This document shows, piece after piece, positions 26,507-35,478 of a DNA stretch of 38,720 bases. Origin of the DNA: an uncultured bacterium (GTDB lineage: Bacteria > Latescibacterota > UBA2968 > UBA8231); contig CAXGRO010000002.1 of assembly GCA_964012055.1 (NCBI GenBank), positions 1 to 38,720 of the forward strand. The letters are read 5' to 3'. Numbering within the stretch: the stretch's first letter is position 1; every line of letters begins with the position of its first letter. The notes beneath the pieces are model-generated. The model saw nothing but the letters and a program-made list of their open reading frames with translations. It had not been told where the DNA came from and ran no database searches. The position numbers and the translations under genes were made by a program.

Positions 26507-27937
26507 TTAATCAGTCGATTCTTCAGCTTCTTTTGCGCCCTCTTCAAGCTCGCTATTTGTATCAACATTTTCATTTGCCCCTATATTGACCTCCACGCCC
26601 CCCACAGTACTCGAATCAGAATCCCCCTCTATCACCCCTTCTTCCTCTTCCTTTTTTTCAGTTTCATCATCTTTAATTTCGGGTTCACCATGAGTGCCTA
26701 GGTAAACTTGAGCATCGTTTTTTAATTTAGTCGCATCCTCCTCTTCTTCAAGCCCTGGTACGCTGCGCAACATGTCAATAGAAGCTTCAGCCACATCGCC
26801 AATTTTGGTAAAGCCAGATGTAGCCAAACTCAATGCAATTAGCTCACTGACACCAGGTATAATTCGCAACACCTGCTGACTCTTATCTATATCCGCTCTA
26901 CGGCTCTGGTATTCTTCCTCGCTAATTATATCCAACCCCCACCCCGTCAACTGGACAGCCAGACGTGAATTTTGTCCAGATTTCCCAATAGCAAGAGATA
27001 ATTGGCCTTCTTCAACTATCGCCATTGCATGGCGCCGACGATGGTCGACAATGACGCGCTGTACGGTAGCAGGACTCAAGGCACGGGATATAAAAATTTC
27101 CGGCTCATCAATCCAGGGAACTATATCAATGCGCTCACCGCTCAATTCGCGAACAATTGCCTGCACTCGTGCGCCCTTTACCCCCACACATGCTCCTACG
27201 GGATCGACGCGTTCATCACTTGAACTCACGGCAATTTTTGCACGCTCCCCAGGCTCGCGCGCCACCGAGTGCACCTCAACGATCCCTTCTGCTATTTCCG
27301 GAACCTCAAGGGCAAATAGACTTTTGAGAAATTCAGGATGCGTACGCGACAGTAGCACCTGCGGACCACGGCTAGACTTTAGCACTTCGTAAATGTAACC
27401 GCGTACGGTATCCCCCTGACGATACCGCTCCCGGCGAATTTGTTCTTTTAGGGGGATGGCAGCTTCGGCACGACCTAAATTAAGTACGATATCACCCCGA
27501 CTTATTTGTTGAACAGTTCCAGCTTCAATTTGATAAGCACGGCCACTAAACTCCTCATGAATCTTCTCTCGCTCGGCTTCCCGGACGCGCTGGACGAGAA
27601 TTTGCTTGGCCGTTTGAATGGCATTGCGCCCAAAATCTGCCAAGTCTAAATGCTCGGAAATTACTCCCCCCACCTGAGCGCTGGCATCAATCATTTTCGC
27701 ATCATCTAATGTGATTTCCATGCTCGGTTCTTCAACCTCATCTACAACCGTTTTCTGCGCAACTACCTCCATCGTTCCCGTAGTAGAATCTATCAAAGCT
27801 TCATAATTATCAGTATTGCCATAGCGTTTTTTAGCAGCTGATATGAGCGCATCGGCGAGCGTCTCAACTACTAATTCGCGGTCGACGTTTTTTTCTCGGG
27901 CAATTTGGCTGAGCGCTTCGACAATATTGGTGTTCAT
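26507..27937 (-). CDS. nusA: Transcription termination/antitermination factor NusA
   Basis: 476 aa. N-terminal domain, S1, KH1 and KH2 (GACVGVKGARVQ, AIGKSGQNSRLA), one HhH-type repeat, and an acidic C-terminal tail of about 70 aa. Confidence 0.93.
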   Translation of the reverse strand: MNTNIVEALSQIAREKNVDRELVVETLADALISAAKKRYGNTDNYEALIDSTTGTMEVVAQKTVVDEVEEPSMEITLDDAKMIDASAQVGGVISEHLDLADFGRNAIQTAKQILVQRVREAEREKIHEEFSGRAYQIEAGTVQQISRGDIVLNLGRAEAAIPLKEQIRRERYRQGDTVRGYIYEVLKSSRGPQVLLSRTHPEFLKSLFALEVPEIAEGIVEVHSVAREPGERAKIAVSSSDERVDPVGACVGVKGARVQAIVRELSGERIDIVPWIDEPEIFISRALSPATVQRVIVDHRRRHAMAIVEEGQLSLAIGKSGQNSRLAVQLTGWGLDIISEEEYQSRRADIDKSQQVLRIIPGVSELIALSLATSGFTKIGDVAEASIDMLRSVPGLEEEEDATKLKNDAQVYLGTHGEPEIKDDETEKKEEEEGVIEGDSDSSTVGGVEVNIGANENVDTNSELEEGAKEAEESTD

Positions 27938-27977
27938 AAAATGGACTTGATATCCTTACGTTTAGCCTGTCAATAGT

Positions 27978-28436
27978 CTATAATTCAGCTTCGATGGTAG
28001 CCTTGGCTATATCTTGCCGATCCAATTGTATTAGATTTTCGGGCAACATTAGACAGATCTCATTTTTACTCCAATCTGTTAATCGCCCACGGATTGTTTT
28101 ACCAGTGAATAACACCACCCGCAATAATCGCCCTTCCGCACGCGCAAAATCCCCATCACTTTGCAGGGGGCGATCCAAGCCGGGAGAAGTTACCTCTAAG
28201 CGATAGCGACTCGATATTGGATCCTCAATATCGAGTAGATCGGCTATTTCGCGACTAATTTGTTCGCAGTCGCTAATTGTTATTCCCAAATCCTTGTGAA
28301 CAAGAATGCGAATTGTTGGATTGTTCGAGGCTCCCATCAATTCTACATCCACTAATTGGGCATCACAGTCTTCAACAACTGGTTCAACAAGGTCGATAAG
28401 AGATCGGCGTAAATCTTCTCGGTGATCGGCTAACAA
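27978..28436 (-). CDS. rimP: Ribosome maturation factor RimP
   Basis: 152 aa, TTG start. Typical LVEPVVE...QLVDVEL...LEVTSPGLDRPL signature. Canonical position upstream of nusA. Confidence 0.88.
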   Translation of the reverse strand: MLADHREDLRRSLIDLVEPVVEDCDAQLVDVELMGASNNPTIRILVHKDLGITISDCEQISREIADLLDIEDPISSRYRLEVTSPGLDRPLQSDGDFARAEGRLLRVVLFTGKTIRGRLTDWSKNEICLMLPENLIQLDRQDIAKATIEAEL

Positions 28437-28453
28437 AGCAAAAACTCACAACC

Positions 28454-28478
28454 AAAAAAGCGGGCATGATATGCCCAC
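28454..28478 (-). terminator. Intrinsic terminator 18 nt upstream of the rimP start (operon-leader attenuator candidate)
   Basis: The - strand reads GTGGGCAT-ATC-ATGCCCGC followed by TTTTTT: an 8-bp stem with one G-U pair and a 3-nt loop. Confidence 0.6.
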
Positions 28479-28489
28479 TTATTCTGATA

Positions 28490-28539
28490 AAAATAGATCA
28501 ATAGACCAATTTATGCAAGATCTTAGATAAGATCTATTT
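28490..28539 (-). promoter_or_regulatory. Candidate rimP-operon promoter overlapped by nested palindromes
   Basis: On the - strand: TTGCAT (28518-28513), 17-nt spacer, TATTTT (28495-28490). Perfect palindrome AGATCTTA-GA-TAAGATCT at 28518-28535. Outer 9-bp inverted repeat AAATAGATC (28491-28499) / GATCTATTT (28531-28539). Three GATC sites within about 40 bp. Confidence 0.35.
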
Positions 28540-28585
28540 ACTTAAATCCGCAAATAAACCCCATAAACCTCTGTCCAACAAAGCA

Positions 28586-29083
28586 TTACTCTAACATTTT
28601 GAGTATATTTTTGAGTTCTTGCCTTGTATCATCTAAAAGTTTCTTATAAATATCAACGGATGGCGTTGATATTTTAAGTTTTGTTTGCCCCACTTCAGTC
28701 CCCTGGTTGGTGTCTCTGCTGCCTTCTGAGTACTCCCCTGATTCTAACAGAGTAGCAATAGATTCAGTTCTAGACCCTCTTTGGTGAATAAGTTGGTGAA
28801 TTAACGCGCTATTACCTGTTACTAACTGAATTAATTCGGGTTCATTCTTAAGCCTCTGCTTCACACCTTGGCTGGTATACCGAGCTTCATAAAGAAGATG
28901 TTTGATTAATAAAACAATACCGATATCCCTATCTTTATACGCGCGATTTTTTCCACCCATTCTCCTAGGTCGCAAGCAGGAGAATTCCTTCTCCCAAGAT
29001 CTTAAAATATAGGGTTGTAAATCAGTAATCTCGGCGACTTCACTGATGCTGTAGTATAGCTTGGTTCCCAATGGGTTTTTCAC
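28586..29083 (-). CDS. MerR-family HTH transcriptional regulator
   Basis: 165 aa. N-terminal YSISEVAEITDLQPYILRSWEKEF...RAYKDRDI matches the MerR winged-helix. The C-terminal half is not recognised. Confidence 0.75.
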   Translation of the reverse strand: MKNPLGTKLYYSISEVAEITDLQPYILRSWEKEFSCLRPRRMGGKNRAYKDRDIGIVLLIKHLLYEARYTSQGVKQRLKNEPELIQLVTGNSALIHQLIHQRGSRTESIATLLESGEYSEGSRDTNQGTEVGQTKLKISTPSVDIYKKLLDDTRQELKNILKMLE

Positions 29084-29109
29084 AAATACACCCTCAAATT
29101 TTCTGGTAT

Positions 29110-30474
29110 TTAAGAATTATTACGTCGACGCCAATATGTGCGGATAGGCGCACCATTAAAACCAAACTCGCGGCGCAAATTTTTTTCTAGATATCTCTTA
29201 TACGAATTACTTACTAGCTCCGGTCGATTTACAAAAAATGTGAAAGTTGGCGGCGAGACGCCAAGTTGAGTCGCATAAAAAACTTTAATTTCGCGCCCGT
29301 CTTTGGAGGGGACATATTGTGAATTTAATCTTTCCAGCAAACGGTTTAGGTTCGCTGTTGAAACTCGCCTTTGTCTATTTTGATATACGTTGACTACATT
29401 TTCTAAGCATTTATTAACTTTTCTTCCAGTCAAACCTGACATAAAAACAACAGGATAATCAATAAGGAAAGGCAATTCTCGGTGTAAGTTCCCGAGAAAT
29501 GACTTTCCAGCTTCTTCCCTTGATTCTATTACATCCCATTTGTTTACCGCCACAACTAAACCGCACCCTCTTTCAATAGCAAGCCCCATCACTCTCGCAT
29601 CTTGGGTAGTATAGCCTTCGAGACCATCGATTAACACTATGGCAACATCTGCTTTATCCATATTTTTTGTGGCACGCAAGCCGCTGTAATACTCTATTTG
29701 ATCGTCCACTTTAGATCGTCGCCTCAACCCTGCCGTATCAACAAATACAAATTCTCGGTCATTCCACGATAAGCGATAGCTAGTTGCGTCACGTGTCGTA
29801 CCCGGTTTATCATGAACGATGGAAACCTCATTGCCCGCCAACCTATTTATAAAGGTCGATTTTCCAACATTGGGACGTCCAGTAATAACCACCCGAATAA
29901 CCTCATCCTCCTGCTGATCGGACCAAAGAACGGGATCAAACTGTTTAACTACTTGATCCAATAGATCGCCCGAACGCCGTCCTGTTGCAGCCGATACACA
30001 GACTGGATCACCTAGTCCCAATCCATAAAAATCCTCCACTTGGTACTGTCTGCCGGGATCGTCTACTTTATTAACTACAACCACACTTGCGCATTGTCTT
30101 TTTCGCAAAATTTTGGCTACCTGTCGATCTAAATCTGTAAGCCCTGTGCCTGCGTCAACTATTAGCAGCACAATATCTGCCTCTTCTATAGCACGTTCGG
30201 CTTGGATGCGCACCGATGATTCAATTGCATCATCGGTATGTGAAATATAGCCACCTGTATCTACTAAAGTGAACCTGTGATTCTGCCATTCGGCCTCAGC
30301 GTAAATGCGATCGCGCGTTACACCCGGTTGATCATCGGTGATTGTCCACCGCTCACCGAGGAGACGATTAAAAAGCGTCGACTTGCCCACATTGGGGCGC
30401 CCCACAATGGCTACTATGGGGCGCAATATATTTAGGCCTTTTGCCCTTTTTTTATCAACTACAGTATTTGACAT
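29110..30474 (-). CDS. der: Ribosome-associated GTPase Der (EngA)
   Basis: 454 aa. Two tandem G domains (GRPNVGKSTLFN and GRPNVGKSTFIN, each with DTGG/DTAG and NKxD) plus a KH-like C-terminus. Confidence 0.95.
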   Translation of the reverse strand: MSNTVVDKKRAKGLNILRPIVAIVGRPNVGKSTLFNRLLGERWTITDDQPGVTRDRIYAEAEWQNHRFTLVDTGGYISHTDDAIESSVRIQAERAIEEADIVLLIVDAGTGLTDLDRQVAKILRKRQCASVVVVNKVDDPGRQYQVEDFYGLGLGDPVCVSAATGRRSGDLLDQVVKQFDPVLWSDQQEDEVIRVVITGRPNVGKSTFINRLAGNEVSIVHDKPGTTRDATSYRLSWNDREFVFVDTAGLRRRSKVDDQIEYYSGLRATKNMDKADVAIVLIDGLEGYTTQDARVMGLAIERGCGLVVAVNKWDVIESREEAGKSFLGNLHRELPFLIDYPVVFMSGLTGRKVNKCLENVVNVYQNRQRRVSTANLNRLLERLNSQYVPSKDGREIKVFYATQLGVSPPTFTFFVNRPELVSNSYKRYLEKNLRREFGFNGAPIRTYWRRRNNS

Positions 30475-31826
30475 TATTTGTTGCGCCCTACATAGTATCC
30501 CAATTCAGAAAGCTGTCGGCCCCTCCCCTCAAAACCTATTTGGTTCTCTGCCAGATAAGTTTTTAATGTGGCAGCAAAATTGTAATCGCCAATGGCTATG
30601 GATTGATTAGTCGCAGATGCTAAATCTGCCACTGTCATGTCATCTATAGTCAAACCATGTCCATTGATACAGTTGGGGGGTAAAAAAACCATATCCCATT
30701 CACCCAAATTAATGCGCTTTAATATATCTGCCCCAGCCAGCAATCCCGAAACTGTAATGCCATGCCCCAAAAAGTCATTTTCTACGGGGATTAAATCAAT
30801 AAACAATCCATTAACTTCATTTAGTTGGGTTATAATCGGCTTCAAGAATAACTCTCCTAATTTCCCCGTTACTACACCTATTTTTTGGGCAGGATCAACG
30901 CTTGGGGGAAAACAACGCATTTCACTTTCCCACGTATCTAAAAACTGGCGCAACATGCCGATTCCATTTTCAACTTGTGGAAATGCACCGTAATAGAATT
31001 TATCCGGGGGATCTATGCCATTTAAGAGAAACAACTCATCTGCAGCATAGACAAAACGCTCACCTATTTCTAATTGGAACTCCGTCCCCCACCTTTCGGC
31101 TTGGGCAAGGTATTCTCGAGCATACTCAGATGTGACGGGTTGAAGTCGTGGCAAATTTTGCCGATAACGAGTCAACCCAACCGGCACCAATGCAACTGAA
31201 CGTACCTGGGGATAATAGCGCCTTAGATCATTTACCGTTTGGGTGAGGTGATCTCCATCATTCCACCCAGGACAAATTACAATTTGCGCATGCATCTCAA
31301 TTCCGTTTGCCGCCAATTTGTCGATGCGCTGCAAGATGTCAACCGGCAATGTCCGCCCCAACATCGCCTGACGCACTTCGGGGTTGGTGGCATGTACTGA
31401 AATGTATTGCGGGGATAGACCTTGATCAATAATCCGCTCTATATCTTTTTCTTTTACATTGGTCAGAGTCACATAGGATCCGTGCAAAAATGAAAGGCGA
31501 TAATCGTCGTCCTCAAAATATAAGCTTCGTCGTAATCCTTTGGGCATTTGGTGGATAAAACAGAAAACACATTTATTGTTGCAACTGCGCAGTTTCATAT
31601 CTCCAAATTCAAAGCCCCAGACATCGTTTACCTGGCGCTCAACCTCCACCTCATATAATTCTCCACCTCTTTCAACTTCAATAAGTAGATCCTGTTCTGC
31701 ACTATACACTTGAAAATCGATGAGATCTTTAATCTCATTTCCATTGATCGCACTGATCTTATCCCCTATAACAAAACCAGCACTTTCCCCCAAACTTCCT
31801 GGCGTAATCCCATTAATTGCTAACAT
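30474..31826 (-). CDS. DUF512 / TIGR03279-type radical-SAM-like protein with N-terminal PDZ domain
   Basis: 450 aa. PDZ-like N-terminus, CNNKCVFC (CxxxCxxC) cluster motif, SFLHGSYVTLTN block. 1-nt TAATG overlap with der. Confidence 0.8.
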   Translation of the reverse strand: MLAINGITPGSLGESAGFVIGDKISAINGNEIKDLIDFQVYSAEQDLLIEVERGGELYEVEVERQVNDVWGFEFGDMKLRSCNNKCVFCFIHQMPKGLRRSLYFEDDDYRLSFLHGSYVTLTNVKEKDIERIIDQGLSPQYISVHATNPEVRQAMLGRTLPVDILQRIDKLAANGIEMHAQIVICPGWNDGDHLTQTVNDLRRYYPQVRSVALVPVGLTRYRQNLPRLQPVTSEYAREYLAQAERWGTEFQLEIGERFVYAADELFLLNGIDPPDKFYYGAFPQVENGIGMLRQFLDTWESEMRCFPPSVDPAQKIGVVTGKLGELFLKPIITQLNEVNGLFIDLIPVENDFLGHGITVSGLLAGADILKRINLGEWDMVFLPPNCINGHGLTIDDMTVADLASATNQSIAIGDYNFAATLKTYLAENQIGFEGRGRQLSELGYYVGRNK

Positions 31827-31830
31827 TTTA

Positions 31831-33036
31831 TTATAGCAACTGTAATTTAAGTGAATTTAGAGAAACCTGAACTATTTCTATATCTAGTCCAGCTATACCC
31901 TTGGCGCTGATTCGTCTGGCAAGTTGGAAAGCAGCGCTTTTACAGAGGATATCGTAAACCGCTCCGGAAGATTTATAATTGCGTGGATATATTTTTTCAA
32001 CCCCACCAAGTAAAGAGAAATCTCTTTCAAAAAGACTTAATTGCTCGCTCGCTCCATCCACTTCAAGACGTACTAGTCGGTTAGAATACGCCCTTTTGCG
32101 CCAATCCTCACTAATCCCATCAAGAAGATCACTTGCCAATGCAGCAACTGCATCTTTCACTGCCCTGGCGCTGGCCGCCTCTCTATTTACCTCAGCTGCC
32201 TTTTGCGTGCGATGTAATTCTATTACCCCTTCTTTGCTATCTGCCCACAATATATTAATCTGGACTTGAGCAACTGCGGTTTTTAATCCCGTACCATCCA
32301 ACATTGTCGAAGAAAACGGTATTTTTATTCCTTGTTTTTGTATTACGTGCGCCTGACCTACAATGACCAGATCAGCCTGCTGGCGCACTGCCAACTCCGC
32401 CGCCCGATTTAAATTATCGCCAAAAATCTGATTGTATGCGCTTTTGTCCTGTTCCTCCAACTCTGCCAACTCTGCAATTGTTACAATGTTAAAATTAGCC
32501 CCAGTTTGATGTAATACGCGCATCAATAAAGCAGCCAGATCGACATTTAATAATATTGCATCCTTTCCATCTTCAATCAACCAAACTCGCCCCAAACACA
32601 ATATGCGTGGGTTACCAATGGTTTCAATTAGTACATTTAAAGCCTGCAATTCTGATTGGAGTGGCCCGAGACTCACAACCGCGTCTATAACAACCTCGTA
32701 GGTATGCTCATCTAACTCTTTTTGTTCGACAATATTAAATTTGCTGATATACCCTTCGGTGTGACTGTATATATTGTCTTCAATGACAGCAAAATTTTGT
32801 ACTTGAGTAGTAGATGATATAAGAGTTCCCACAGCTTCTTCAACAGCTTCGCGCAGGGCCGCCTTTTTGGCCTGTTGAAATGCGGCTGCCTTATCTCCTT
32901 CCAGTATAAAACCCAATCCCCTGACTCGCACAGTTTTAATTACCTCTGCTTGCCCTTCGCTCCCTCCCCACATGGCTATCCAGCAGATAAAACCTAAAAC
33001 GCCAAGATTACTACTAAAATTCCATGCGGAATGCAT
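31831..33036 (-). CDS. Hypothetical secreted protein (N-terminal region loosely FlgT_N/LPP20-like)
   Basis: 401 aa. Signal-peptide-like N-terminus (LGVLGFICWIAMWGGSEGQA). GLG...KAAAFQQAKKAALREAVEEAVGTLISS resembles the FlgT_N/LPP20 pattern. Overlaps the upstream gene by 23 nt. Confidence 0.5.
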   Translation of the reverse strand: MHSAWNFSSNLGVLGFICWIAMWGGSEGQAEVIKTVRVRGLGFILEGDKAAAFQQAKKAALREAVEEAVGTLISSTTQVQNFAVIEDNIYSHTEGYISKFNIVEQKELDEHTYEVVIDAVVSLGPLQSELQALNVLIETIGNPRILCLGRVWLIEDGKDAILLNVDLAALLMRVLHQTGANFNIVTIAELAELEEQDKSAYNQIFGDNLNRAAELAVRQQADLVIVGQAHVIQKQGIKIPFSSTMLDGTGLKTAVAQVQINILWADSKEGVIELHRTQKAAEVNREAASARAVKDAVAALASDLLDGISEDWRKRAYSNRLVRLEVDGASEQLSLFERDFSLLGGVEKIYPRNYKSSGAVYDILCKSAAFQLARRISAKGIAGLDIEIVQVSLNSLKLQLL

Positions 33037-34156
33037 TTTGCAACTCGCGTATTATGAGTAGAGCCTCAGCTCCAGAAACTGATTCGTGAGGTCGATAGCA
33101 GCCAGTCAACCTGTCAGCAGACATAAATCCGCGTTCAGTACTAAGCGCTATAGCATTATAGGTAAAAGAGTCACTGCGAACATCTGGAAATCTCGATGGC
33201 TCACCAAAATAACGCGTCGCCAGTGATGTATCGCCGGTTAGCAAAATGAGAATGCCCTGGTTGACCAGGGCATAGTTGGCGCGTGTAACCGGTTCTTCGG
33301 GTAAGAAAGCATTGTCGGTATTGATCTCTAATCCCTGTATACCTATATATAGAACCTCTTCAATCCAATACCTTGCCCAGGAATGTATCACATCATCTGG
33401 CATTAGAGGTCGAGCATCCCCCCCATTTAATTGCGGTCCTATGAGTTTTTCTCTACCACCTCGTTTGGCCACCAGTTCGGGCAACTTGAGCTCTTCAACG
33501 AGCAAGACAGCTAATTCTGCCCTATTCAAATCTTCTACCAGGCCAATCTTAAGGCCAGCCTGGGATCCAGGCGCAGCCCTTTCTATCCTTTGTATTTTAT
33601 CAATTTCCAACATCGCCTTGGTTACCCAATCACCCCTATTAATTTCTAGTACTCGGGTAAGACTTGCTCGCGCCAGTGGCAAATTGAGTGCCTGTAGATA
33701 GGTTAAGCCTTCTCGATAATAAATAGCGGGGTTATCCGGCTCTCTGGATTTAGCCTTCTTATATGCCGATAATGCCTCTTTTAACCATTCTTTTGTGGGA
33801 TAATTACGCTGAACACCTTCCTCTGATACAATCCGCCCAAGGGCGATGTAGGCATCGATAAAATCACCATTTTTATGTATTGCCTTTTCTACATCTTTAC
33901 GGGCTCTCCAAAAATCTTGCTGTCCCATTGCCACTAGAGCGCTGCCTACATAAATACCAGGATAATCTGGATCGAGGGCCCGACCACGCTCAAATTCGCT
34001 TTGTGCGGCACGCAAGTCCCCATTTTCAAAACGATTTAGACCGAGTTTATAATGATTTTCGGCCGAATCTAGCGACGATTGGGGACTCATCTGCTTAGAG
34101 CCACAGTGGACAAGCAGTAAATGCATTAATAAGCAAAATAAAATGCGCAAGAACAT
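33014..34156 (-). CDS. Lipoprotein with N-terminal TPR repeats and C-terminal SLH-like repeats (start trimmed)
   Basis: Starts at MFLRILFCLLMHLLLVHCGS (lipobox-like LVHC). TPR-like AENHYKLGLNRFENGDLRAAQSEFERGRALDPDY. SLH-like units: MPDDVIHSWARYWIEEV...EPVTRANYA and FPDVRSDSFTYNAIALSTERGFMSADR...RPHESVSGAEALLII. The track ORF's first 43 codons are a read-through of tRNA-Gly. Confidence 0.7.
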   Translation of the reverse strand: MFLRILFCLLMHLLLVHCGSKQMSPQSSLDSAENHYKLGLNRFENGDLRAAQSEFERGRALDPDYPGIYVGSALVAMGQQDFWRARKDVEKAIHKNGDFIDAYIALGRIVSEEGVQRNYPTKEWLKEALSAYKKAKSREPDNPAIYYREGLTYLQALNLPLARASLTRVLEINRGDWVTKAMLEIDKIQRIERAAPGSQAGLKIGLVEDLNRAELAVLLVEELKLPELVAKRGGREKLIGPQLNGGDARPLMPDDVIHSWARYWIEEVLYIGIQGLEINTDNAFLPEEPVTRANYALVNQGILILLTGDTSLATRYFGEPSRFPDVRSDSFTYNAIALSTERGFMSADRLTGCYRPHESVSGAEALLIIRELQNAFRMEF

Positions 34157-34185
34157 GGGAGGTCTCGGAGAATGGAGTATAAATA

Positions 34186-34260
34186 TGGAGCGGGAGACGG
34201 GGATCGAACCCGCGACATCAAGCTTGGGAAGCTTGCGTTCTACCACTGAACTACTCCCGC
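34186..34260 (-). tRNA. tRNA-Gly (anticodon CCC), CCA encoded
   Basis: GCGGGAG-TA-GTTC-AGTGGTA-GAAC-G-CAAGC-TTCCCAA-GCTTG-ATGTC-GCGGG-TTCGATC-CCCGT-CTCCCGC-T-CCA folds as a 75-nt cloverleaf. Confidence 0.92.
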
Positions 34261-34317
34261 TCCTAAGAAAGAGCATCAGTGTCAAGATGGGTCATCTTGG
34301 CACTTAATTTAACTCTT

Positions 34318-34346
34318 AAAATAAATGGCCTATCTTCAACTGTCAA
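34318..34346 (-). promoter_or_regulatory. Sigma70-like promoter candidate upstream of tRNA-Gly
   Basis: On the - strand: TTGACA (34346-34341), 17-nt spacer, TATTTT (34323-34318), about 58 nt upstream of the tRNA 5' end. A hairpin at 34279-34303 lies in the predicted leader. Confidence 0.4.
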
Positions 34347-34379
34347 CAACAAAAAGCTATTCTTAGAAAGTGTAATATA

Positions 34380-35306
34380 TCAATGAATCTGGCTTAATAT
34401 TCGCTCGATAACTCCGCCTTTTCCCCACGTGTCCACATCCAACCAGCGCATGCGCCGATCTTTGCGAAACCAGGTTAATTGACGTTTGGCATAGCGGCGA
34501 GTATTTCTTTTAATTCGCTCGATTGCCTCCGCACAACTGCACTTATTTTCTAGGAAATCCAAAATTTCATCGTATCCAAATGTCCTTAATGCCCAACTAC
34601 TCCTAGTATAACCTAAATTAAGCAGATTTTTCACTTCCTCTATTAGACCCAAGGCGATCATTTCATCAACCCTTTTATCGATAATGCTGTAAAGCTCTTT
34701 GCGGTCTCTTGTTAAACAAAAAACTTGAGGCACACAATGCAACGGAGTATGTGGTTTCCTTTTCCATAGGTTATGAACTTCACTTCTGTGCACTATAGCT
34801 ACTTCAAGCGCTCTTAGCATACGCTGTGTATCATTCTTTGATAAATTCTTATGGGATACTGGATCCAGCTTTAACAATTCATTCCATAGCGGATCTTTAC
34901 CTTCATTTTTCAACCTGAAATTCAAATAGCGGCGAATTTCTGAATAATCTTCAGTGTCTTCATAAAATCCATCTAATACGGCTTGCATATACATACCTGA
35001 CCCACCTACAAGGATAGGTATCTTCCCTCGCTCTATCAAACTACTAATAACAGTTCTAGCAGATCTACCGAATGTGCCCGCATCATATCGCTGATTTGGA
35101 TCCATTATATCTATAAAATGGTGTTTAACCCGTATTAGTTCCTCTTTTTCCGGTTTAGCCGTTCCTATATCCATATATCGGTATATTTGGCGCGAGTCTA
35201 CTGATATAATCTCGCTATTTAATTCTTCTGCTATGTAACTGCCAATTTTAGTTTTTCCTACTGCTGTTGGTCCGGATATTACTATGATTTTAGATTTACG
35301 TAACAT
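34380..35306 (-). CDS. miaA: tRNA dimethylallyltransferase
   Basis: 308 aa. P-loop GPTAVGKT, then DSRQIYRYMDIGTAKP, GGSGMY and RRYAKRQLTWFR blocks. Confidence 0.93.
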   Translation of the reverse strand: MLRKSKIIVISGPTAVGKTKIGSYIAEELNSEIISVDSRQIYRYMDIGTAKPEKEELIRVKHHFIDIMDPNQRYDAGTFGRSARTVISSLIERGKIPILVGGSGMYMQAVLDGFYEDTEDYSEIRRYLNFRLKNEGKDPLWNELLKLDPVSHKNLSKNDTQRMLRALEVAIVHRSEVHNLWKRKPHTPLHCVPQVFCLTRDRKELYSIIDKRVDEMIALGLIEEVKNLLNLGYTRSSWALRTFGYDEILDFLENKCSCAEAIERIKRNTRRYAKRQLTWFRKDRRMRWLDVDTWGKGGVIERILSQIH

Positions 35307-35478
35307 AAATTATATGTCTTTAATTTAGGCTATGGACATTAATTTTATTAAATCTCGCGTGGCTGATCTTTAGTTGAGGAGATAAGACTAAATTGGGTAA
35401 TGCAGGCCGTAGGACTCCAGAAAATAACCTTCAAATAAATTGGCGATGTTGTAGCTGATCTAATATCATACGCATTTC

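Noticed and set aside
34157-34285. N-terminal 43 codons of the 423-aa track ORF (MTLMLFLRSGSSSVVERKLPKLDVAGSIPVSRS...)
   Set aside because: This stretch is a translation through tRNA-Gly(CCC) at 34186-34260. The CDS more plausibly starts at the ATG at 34156, which gives a lipoprotein signal peptide.
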